A DNA stretch of 52,976 nt, from assembly GCA_014691105.1 (NCBI GenBank), contig GCA_014691105.1_4891.1; one strand, written 5' to 3'. This stretch comes from a phage. Below, in pieces: positions 46,407 through 52,976 of this stretch. Below the pieces are notes generated by a model. That model had not been told where the DNA came from. It worked only from the letters and a program-made list of their open reading frames with translations, and searched no databases. The first letter of the stretch is position 1; each line of letters starts with the position of its first letter. Both the position numbers and the translations under genes were made by a program.

Positions 46407-47312
46407 TTACAGCAGTTCTGCTTTCAGTGCAGCGATACCATCGAGCAGTGCTTTGATGTCCGGGTTAGATGCCGCCAGGTCAGCAACAACTGACTGACGA
46501 CGACGTTCCAGCTCTTTCTCAACTTCCAGATCGAGGCGTGCTGACGCTTCACGCAGTAAGTCTTCAACCTGCTGACGACGCTGATACTTGTTAAAGTCAG
46601 GCACATCAACCAGCCATTTGAGAGTTGCAGTGTTGTAGCCAGAAGTATTGGCTGCACTTACAGACACAACATCAACGAGTTTGGTACCATTCAGCTCCGG
46701 ATAGTTAACATTGCGAACGTCAACAACCGCTTTATCACCTACACTTACTTTGCCGATGTACTTGTAAGTGTACACACGACCATTCGGTTCAAACTTAACA
46801 CCAACAAACTTCAGTTTGTCGTCTGCAATAACTTCTTCCTCAACTTTGAAGTTGATTGCAGTGTTCTTGACAGGTGCAGCCGCTTTGAGCTTAGCAACCA
46901 TGTACTGTTCTGAATGAGACGGACGGCACAGACGGAAGACGTCTTCATTGTACGTCAGCCAGTTACCAGTCTCATCCATGCATGCAATCTGATTAGTGCC
47001 ATCCAGCGAACGAACACCCGGACGATTCTTCTCAACACGATACAGCTTACCTTCTTTCAGGTTAGCATAAGAACGGCGGGCGATACCCCAGTTGTGTTTT
47101 TCAGATTCATACTTAGCGAAACGGTCAACACTGAAGTTCTGCTTCAGACCCCGGTCGTCAATTACCCATAAGTTATCGTAAGCACCGCCGAAAGAACCCA
47201 GGTTGGCATACACTTTGCCCTGCGTCAACAGGGAAGTGTTTCCCTCGTCAACACAGATAACAAAACCCAGAGCTTCGTGTGCTTTACCGCTGCGGTCAAA
47301 TACTGTAGTCAT
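46407..47312 (-). CDS. hypothetical protein (301 aa)
   Basis: ORF track; no recognisable motif. Confidence 0.5.
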   Translation of the reverse strand: MTTVFDRSGKAHEALGFVICVDEGNTSLLTQGKVYANLGSFGGAYDNLWVIDDRGLKQNFSVDRFAKYESEKHNWGIARRSYANLKEGKLYRVEKNRPGVRSLDGTNQIACMDETGNWLTYNEDVFRLCRPSHSEQYMVAKLKAAAPVKNTAINFKVEEEVIADDKLKFVGVKFEPNGRVYTYKYIGKVSVGDKAVVDVRNVNYPELNGTKLVDVVSVSAANTSGYNTATLKWLVDVPDFNKYQRRQQVEDLLREASARLDLEVEKELERRRQSVVADLAASNPDIKALLDGIAALKAELL

Positions 47313-47426
47313 TTCTTGTTTCCTTGTATACCAGTTTGATTGTATGCCAGAGACATTCCCTGCGCATGTGCTTTATTGCTTAACCGTTAAAGACATTATA
47401 TCATTAGTGAGTGGTGACGTACACAT

Positions 47427-47717
47427 TTATTTTAAGGCAGAAGTGCAAATAGCATCACACAAACAATAATGAGCACGGTCGTAGTCTTCAAACAAGAACA
47501 CTTCGCCATTGGCGACAACTTCATTACTGTTGACCTGCAGGCTAATACCTGAATGCAGAAGCACATCCATAGCCTGGTCCTTGTTCTTGTACGGGTCCCA
47601 AATAAGCTGGAAGCCTGACCCACAAAGGAGACACCCCTTGAGCTCCGGAAGAGTTGACTCCTTCACAGTCACATTACAAATCTTAGCCAGTTTAGCACGA
47701 GAATCTAGAGTACTCAT
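47427..47717 (-). CDS. hypothetical protein
   Basis: ORF track. Confidence 0.4.
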   Translation of the reverse strand: MSTLDSRAKLAKICNVTVKESTLPELKGCLLCGSGFQLIWDPYKNKDQAMDVLLHSGISLQVNSNEVVANGEVFLFEDYDRAHYCLCDAICTSALK

Positions 47718-48016
47718 TTACGTTTACCTTTACGTTTGTGTAGCGGAGTATATGTTTTCTTTGGTACGCCAAACATAGCCGCATATGTACCGACTTCTTT
47801 CTTTGTTGGCTTAGCAACAACCTCGTCAAGCACAACGAAGTTACTGTTAAAAGCCCGGTCCATATTGCCAAAGGCTTCGGTTACTCTTTTCTCAACAGGA
47901 GTAAAGTCAATAACCAGCTCTTTGCCTATCAGGCTTTCTTTGAACTTGTCAAATAGCCATTTGTCACGCGGACCAGGATTGCCCATAAACATAACATGCA
48001 TCTGCTTATTGCCCAT
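47714..48016 (-). CDS. hypothetical basic protein
   Basis: ORF track; ATGA coupling with the 47427 gene. Confidence 0.4.
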   Translation of the reverse strand: MGNKQMHVMFMGNPGPRDKWLFDKFKESLIGKELVIDFTPVEKRVTEAFGNMDRAFNSNFVVLDEVVAKPTKKEVGTYAAMFGVPKKTYTPLHKRKGKRK

Positions 48017-48106
48017 GGATGATATACCCCGTTATTTGTGTTGCCAGGTACAAACCGTATACCACACACCCAACTAGTATGGCATCAAGAATCAGATGAG
48101 CTATCT

Positions 48107-48409
48107 TCACGATTGACCCCCAGCCTTGATTGTAACGTTACGGCTGTTAACCACTTCCAGGCTGGTGCCATCCTTTTTGTGGGTTACACGAATAAATGCA
48201 ACACCCTCAGCCTGTGCCTGCTCAATAGCTTTATTCAGCACAACATTATCCTGTACCATATGGCGTACGCGAGGAAGGATATTGCAAAGAGGTTCCATCT
48301 CATCCATTCCTGCAGTACGCATAATTGACTTGAGAATGCCGAGGTGGTGACGGTAACGGTCTTCAACATTATACTTCTTGCCGTTATGCTTTAACATGAA
48401 AGTCTCCAA
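48107..48409 (-). CDS. hypothetical protein
   Basis: ORF track. Confidence 0.4.
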   Translation of the reverse strand: METFMLKHNGKKYNVEDRYRHHLGILKSIMRTAGMDEMEPLCNILPRVRHMVQDNVVLNKAIEQAQAEGVAFIRVTHKKDGTSLEVVNSRNVTIKAGGQS

Positions 48410-48441
48410 AAGTCAGGGGGCTTGTGCTAAGCCCCGTTTAA

Positions 48442-48927
48442 TTACTCGGCTTCTTCCGTAGCTGCCGGGGTGAATGTTACAGTCGGAATACCAGGTGAAG
48501 TCTTAACAACAGGGTCGACGATAGCCAGTTGTTCTGGTGTCAGGTTACGGTATGCAGTAACTGACATTTCATATTTGGTTTTAAACAGCTTGGCAACAAC
48601 AGTCTTCGGTAACTTCTTCATTACGTCAGGCACAAGCTTCTGGTCGAGTGTGCGGTTAACCTTCTGCTCAACCTTGAGCTTACCAGGTACGCCATGCATG
48701 CTGAACTCAACCGTTTGCGTACCTTCTTTACCACGATTGATAATCATGTCACGTTCAAGACGTGCTTTAATGGTCCGGCGCAACGTCTCCTGGTCAGCTT
48801 TAGCTTGTGCCATCCAGCGGTTCAGATTCGCCAGCTTGTCGTACAGCTGTTCCGTGTCCATCGATTCCAGTTCTTGTGGGGTCAGTGCCATCAGTTGTTT
48901 CCTCAGGTTGCATGTGCATAGTTGCAC
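48442..48927 (-). CDS. hypothetical protein
   Basis: ORF track; overlaps the 48800..49162 ORF, so the true start is probably an internal Met (MALTPQEL...). Confidence 0.4.
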   Translation of the reverse strand: MQLCTCNLRKQLMALTPQELESMDTEQLYDKLANLNRWMAQAKADQETLRRTIKARLERDMIINRGKEGTQTVEFSMHGVPGKLKVEQKVNRTLDQKLVPDVMKKLPKTVVAKLFKTKYEMSVTAYRNLTPEQLAIVDPVVKTSPGIPTVTFTPAATEEAE

Positions 48928-49162
48928 CGATCAGTAAGCAATAGTTATTGAACATTGTACGTAGCGCTTGGCCCGCAGCAATATCCGTTACGTCTATTAT
49001 ACCACTTTTAGTGGTGACGCGTAAAGCTTTTTCTTTCTTTGTTTTTTCCACGAATGCAATGCTGATGATTTCTTCCGCATGAATTACGTGGATAGTACCT
49101 GCAAACTCACCAGTCTTAGCTGGTGCCTGGTACACTAACGACATAGACGGTTGGTTACTCAC
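48800..49162 (-). CDS. hypothetical protein
   Basis: ORF track; its C-terminal 40 residues overlap the next ORF. Confidence 0.35.
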   Translation of the reverse strand: MSNQPSMSLVYQAPAKTGEFAGTIHVIHAEEIISIAFVEKTKKEKALRVTTKSGIIDVTDIAAGQALRTMFNNYCLLIGATMHMQPEETTDGTDPTRTGIDGHGTAVRQAGESEPLDGTS

Positions 49163-49172
49163 TTAATTGCTC

Positions 49173-49610
49173 CTATTTATATAAGTCCATCCAGTTACGA
49201 TACTCGTCATAAAACCGGTCAAACTCGTTTTTGGTGAGTGCAATAGCAACACCATTCACCAGGTGCATTGTCCGTGTTTTGATGTTGACATACATGACAT
49301 TGCTGTACGGGAATAAGCTACCGTCATTGTCAGTGAAATAAGTAGGCGTAATATGAAGCGCATCACGCAATGCAACCAGCGATTCAACAGCTTCAGCGTG
49401 CCATTCACGTCTGAAGGTCATGCAAGGCGGTGCACCGTCTTCGTCCTGGGTACCACGCAAAGTAAGGTATACAACTTCGGCAGTATCATTGTGTACAATT
49501 ACGCTAATGTCGACGATGTCGCTGGTACGGAAGGTAACAAAGTGCTCTTCAATTACTTGTTCGTCGGTATTAGGGCTGACGCCCTGAAAGGTCTTGAGTG
49601 TGTGAAACAT
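49173..49610 (-). CDS. hypothetical protein, first gene of the leftward replication block
   Basis: Track ORF extends to 49694 but AAGGAG plus ATG at about 49610 (MFHTLKTF...) is the likely start. Confidence 0.45.
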   Translation of the reverse strand: MFHTLKTFQGVSPNTDEQVIEEHFVTFRTSDIVDISVIVHNDTAEVVYLTLRGTQDEDGAPPCMTFRREWHAEAVESLVALRDALHITPTYFTDNDGSLFPYSNVMYVNIKTRTMHLVNGVAIALTKNEFDRFYDEYRNWMDLYK

Positions 49611-49703
49611 TGGTTGTATCTCCTTAGCAGAATGTACGTTTATTATGTATATAAAGGAGGGGAAAGTAAATAGATATAAATGTATAAAATACATAAAAGT
49701 CTA

Positions 49704-49733
49704 TTTACTCTGGTTTAATAACGTGTATATAAT
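49704..49733 (+). promoter_or_regulatory. sigma70-like promoter TTTACT-N18-TATAAT
   Basis: TTTACT 49704-49709, TATAAT 49728-49733, in a 150-bp AT-rich divergent region. Confidence 0.5.
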
Positions 49734-49763
49734 GAGAGCCCCACAAACAAGAGGAGAGACTCA

Positions 49764-50096
49764 ATGATAAAGCCAAAACTGTTGCGGCATATTCGCAACG
49801 GTATTAAGCTACTCGCTGAAGGCAATGAGTATGCCTGCAAGCAACGCGGTATTACAAAAGTCGGCCTGTTCAATAAAGAGTTACCAACTCGCTACTTTAC
49901 CAAATCACCACTAACACTCGTACCTGCAGCGGAGTATTATAAAGACCCCGAAGCAGCCAGGGCTAAAATCAAGGAAGGTCTTGACCGACTTGTAGAGGAA
50001 GGCTATTTGACAGTACGTCAACACACTGAATCATCTTATTACTACAAGCCAACTTCTAAGGTAACCAGCAATGACAATGACGAGTCAGCCGAGTGA
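49764..50096 (+). CDS. hypothetical protein
   Basis: ORF track; overlaps the primase start. Confidence 0.45.
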   Translation: MIKPKLLRHIRNGIKLLAEGNEYACKQRGITKVGLFNKELPTRYFTKSPLTLVPAAEYYKDPEAARAKIKEGLDRLVEEGYLTVRQHTESSYYYKPTSKVTSNDNDESAE

Positions 50097-52605
50097 TATT
50101 CTCGGTCTGAAATACTTTAAGCCAGAAGGGATTCCCCAAGTCTTCAAAGATATGAAGCGCTGGGCTATCTTTGAGCTGACGTACGAAGACGAGACCCTCG
50201 AAGTTCAATCCAAACCTAAGAAACCTGCAAGAGCGCCATCAGGCCGTTCCTTCAGCACAACAGTGCCTGAAGAGTGGATGACTTTCGACGACGCCCTGAC
50301 ACGTTGTATCCGCAATCGTGAAATGAAGATTAAAGCTGTACAGGGTAACATCACCTTTGTGCCGGCTTTGATTGTTCCTCGCCAGTGGTACTTTGTTGAC
50401 CTGGACAACCATGATGATAATCCAGACATTGAAGCTACCCACAAAGCGATAATTGAGGGGACTCGTGGCGCTTATGCTGAGACGTCAATCTCCGGCAAAG
50501 GGCAACACATTGCAATCCCTTTACCCTGGACTGCAGCAACATCCAAAGAGAAAGACGAACAGCTGGACATCAAAATCCAGAAGGCTGAGATGTTCCTGGT
50601 AATGACAGGCAATGTATTGAGCGAGTTCAATGCTAATCCTGTTTCAGCCCGTGAATGGCATGCAGCAATTGAGAAGTTCTTTCTTGAATCAAGCGCACCT
50701 GACATTGATGTTGAGTTTGAGCAAGACGAAGACCGTGGCGAAGAGTATGACAAAGAGCTATACGAACAGTTAGCCGACAATACTCGCTGGGCGCTTGAAC
50801 ATTATCTTAGCGACTATGCACCAGACGGTGTTGGTGTGAGTAATGACGGTTCCGAACGTTTAAGCCGCATACTCAAAGACTTGCTTCGTGTAACCCGTAA
50901 CTATGAAGTTACACAACGCATCTTCATGGCCAGCAAAGCTGCAGCATATGAAGGCCGCAGACCAAGTCGACATAACCTGTCTGTTGATAAGTATCATCAG
51001 TGGTTCAGTCGTGTCGGTAAGACTGTGCTGAAAGAGATGCAACGTGACGGCTTATTCGTTAAGACCAAGTTTGCTCTTGACATCAACAAAGAGTTAGCCA
51101 AGAATTCAGGTGTCTCCCTGGCTGAGAACGTTGAGTTCAAGGTCAACGACGACATTCTGCCTTCTGATGTATTCGTCAGGACGGCCCCGTCCGGGTTTAA
51201 ACGGCTTATTGCTGAGATACAGGATAACATATCTCCTGCTAACAGGGTTAACGACTATGCCATCGGCACAGCTCTTAACATCCTGAGCAACTGCGCCGGT
51301 CGCAAGTATGTTTGTCCAGTAGGCGGTCATGCTAACTTCCTGGTAACCAACATCATTCTTGTGGGTGGTTCATCAATCGGTAAATCCCTGTATACCGAAA
51401 TGTTCCCACAAATCCAGGCAAGTTTACCTGACACATCACCTATCAGTCTTAACCGTATCCCAAGGGAACAGACTTTTGCAACCAGGACGTTTGCTGAACT
51501 GATGTCCAACCCGTCATACCATTCAGTTCAGTTGTTCTATCCTGAATTTGGTCTGGCTTTAGGTTCAGGCTTACGCATGAATCCTAACAACCCGGACAAC
51601 TTTCAGAAAGCTCTGATGGACGCTTCAACCAAGCGTAAGGTTGGCGGTATACTGACAGGTATCAAACGTGCTAATGCTGACAATGATGTCAAGACAGTAA
51701 GTGAACCGTGTTACTCTATCCTGGGTGACTCAACTCAAGAGCTTATCCTTGACAACACCCGGAAGCAAGACTTCTCAAGTGGCTTTTTGCCCCGCTTCCT
51801 GTTCATCCCGAACTACGAACGAGCGGAGTTTGCCAAACCTGAGAAGGTAGGACGTCGCCAGCAGATTCGCCGTACGTCCTTTTCAAAAGAACTGATTGAG
51901 AAGCTGGAAGCAATCGCTTATGTGAATGCTATCCCGCCTAACGGTAAACTAAGGCACGACCCGATTCCTATTTACGATGAGTCGGACGATGATGACTTCC
52001 TGTACGAGTACCAGTGCAATATTAATGATATGCGCCAGTATTACAGGGACAACGAAGTAGCGTCTGCCTTTGTGGGCCGAATGGGTGAGTATGTATTCAA
52101 TATAGCAGCACTGATTGGCTTACTCGACAACTGGGATGCTCCTGTAATGACCAGGGACAACATCGAATGGGCTTACAAATATGTTCTTCGTTGTATAACT
52201 GCCTGGGTCAATAACACAAGCAGGATAGTCGCACCACCAACTACCAACGCCGAAGTAGTGGACGGCTTCCTCAAAGTCTACAGGGACATTTTGGCCCTTT
52301 ACACCAAAAGAGGATGGTCTGGCATAGTCAAGCATTATCCTGAAGGTGTTGTAAGAAGCTTACGGGAAGACCATCTGAAAATGAACGGGCTTAGCATATA
52401 TGCTATCCGGCAATCATTAAGTTGGTTCAAATCCAATTACGGCTTTAACATAACCGCTAATAACAAGGTTATTGACGGTATGTTGCAGGATATGATTGAC
52501 CAGGACTATTTAGCAGTCCAAATATACAAACCCACAAGAGGGAAATCGGCAAATATCTACTGTTTAACCGAACGGGGATACGACGAAGCCAAGAAACTTA
52601 AGTAA
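50071..52605 (+). CDS. bifunctional primase-polymerase (AEP) fused to an SF3 helicase
   Basis: AEP motif I WYFVDLDNHDD and motif II SISGKGQHIAIPL in the N-terminal third; Walker A LVGGSSIGKS in the C-terminal half. Confidence 0.75.
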   Translation: MTMTSQPSDILGLKYFKPEGIPQVFKDMKRWAIFELTYEDETLEVQSKPKKPARAPSGRSFSTTVPEEWMTFDDALTRCIRNREMKIKAVQGNITFVPALIVPRQWYFVDLDNHDDNPDIEATHKAIIEGTRGAYAETSISGKGQHIAIPLPWTAATSKEKDEQLDIKIQKAEMFLVMTGNVLSEFNANPVSAREWHAAIEKFFLESSAPDIDVEFEQDEDRGEEYDKELYEQLADNTRWALEHYLSDYAPDGVGVSNDGSERLSRILKDLLRVTRNYEVTQRIFMASKAAAYEGRRPSRHNLSVDKYHQWFSRVGKTVLKEMQRDGLFVKTKFALDINKELAKNSGVSLAENVEFKVNDDILPSDVFVRTAPSGFKRLIAEIQDNISPANRVNDYAIGTALNILSNCAGRKYVCPVGGHANFLVTNIILVGGSSIGKSLYTEMFPQIQASLPDTSPISLNRIPREQTFATRTFAELMSNPSYHSVQLFYPEFGLALGSGLRMNPNNPDNFQKALMDASTKRKVGGILTGIKRANADNDVKTVSEPCYSILGDSTQELILDNTRKQDFSSGFLPRFLFIPNYERAEFAKPEKVGRRQQIRRTSFSKELIEKLEAIAYVNAIPPNGKLRHDPIPIYDESDDDDFLYEYQCNINDMRQYYRDNEVASAFVGRMGEYVFNIAALIGLLDNWDAPVMTRDNIEWAYKYVLRCITAWVNNTSRIVAPPTTNAEVVDGFLKVYRDILALYTKRGWSGIVKHYPEGVVRSLREDHLKMNGLSIYAIRQSLSWFKSNYGFNITANNKVIDGMLQDMIDQDYLAVQIYKPTRGKSANIYCLTERGYDEAKKLK

Positions 52606-52610
52606 AATCA

Positions 52611-52650
52611 AGGGCTTATGTAGTAAAATACGTAAGCCCTTATTTTATAT
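52611..52650 (+). terminator. rho-independent terminator
   Basis: Stem AGGGCTTATGTA / TACGTAAGCCCT followed by TATTTTAT. Confidence 0.65.
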
Positions 52651-52976
52651 ACTCTTTTTGCTCCGGTAGACTAGTTATGGAATAAATAAACCGTGTTTTT
52701 CGAATTAAGTGCACTTAAGCTACTGTTTTATATACTCTTTTCTTTTTACATGAATTAGTAAATATATGGAGCCCTTTATAAAGAAAAAGGGGGGTAATAA
52801 GGGGATCCAAGTACCGGATAAAAGGGGGTATATATTTATTTATTATTATTATTATTATTATATATTATTAATTATATTAGAAGTAATAAAAACAGCTACT
52901 TAGAGGTGTCTATATGTATGATCCGGTTTATCTCTTTATTAATATCAGAACCGGATGAAAAAAATTTACGCTGGCG
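52643..52976. repeat. AT-rich non-coding terminal region with direct repeats, a palindrome and an (ATT)n microsatellite
   Basis: TTTTATATACTCTTT at 52643-52657 and 52726-52740; palindrome TTAAGTGCACTTAA at 52705-52718; (ATT)6-7 near 52838-52860; two GGGGGTA motifs. Confidence 0.6.

Noticed and set aside
1-52976. CRISPR array, integrase, lysogeny repressor or transposase
   Set aside because: No short regularly spaced repeats and no ORF with recombinase or repressor signatures recognisable by eye; the gene content looks like a virulent phage.

Overview
The window reads as most or all of a tailed dsDNA phage genome (contractile-tail, Mu/P2-like baseplate), with no integrase or repressor seen. 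It has four transcription blocks: a leftward early block of small genes (1073-4212), a long rightward block (4968-34099: nucleotide metabolism, terminase, portal, capsid, Ig-like proteins, sheath, tube, tape measure, baseplate, tail fibre, lysis cassette), a leftward replication/recombination block (34115-49610: family A DNA polymerase, thymidylate-synthase-like enzyme, MazG-like pyrophosphatase, SF2 helicase, Cas4-like nuclease, dCMP deaminase, Sak4-like ATPase) and a rightward primase-helicase (50071-52605). Most transcription units carry a sigma70-like TTTACN-N17-TATAAT promoter, suggesting host RNA polymerase is used throughout. The most interesting candidate is a possible cytosine C5-modification pathway: the thymidylate-synthase homologue appears to carry Asp where thymidylate synthase has the dUMP-specifying Asn, and sits beside a MazG-like enzyme, with dCMP deaminase, DHFR and a dNMP kinase elsewhere. 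Other points worth follow-up are a three-member paralogous small-protein family in the early block, a repeat pair in the divergent control region, a 570-bp non-coding region with a DnaA box and palindromes, an AT-rich repeat-dense right end, a -1 frameshift site in the tail chaperone, and a SAR-type endolysin. All calls are from reading motifs by eye; no database search was run and the product names are hypotheses.
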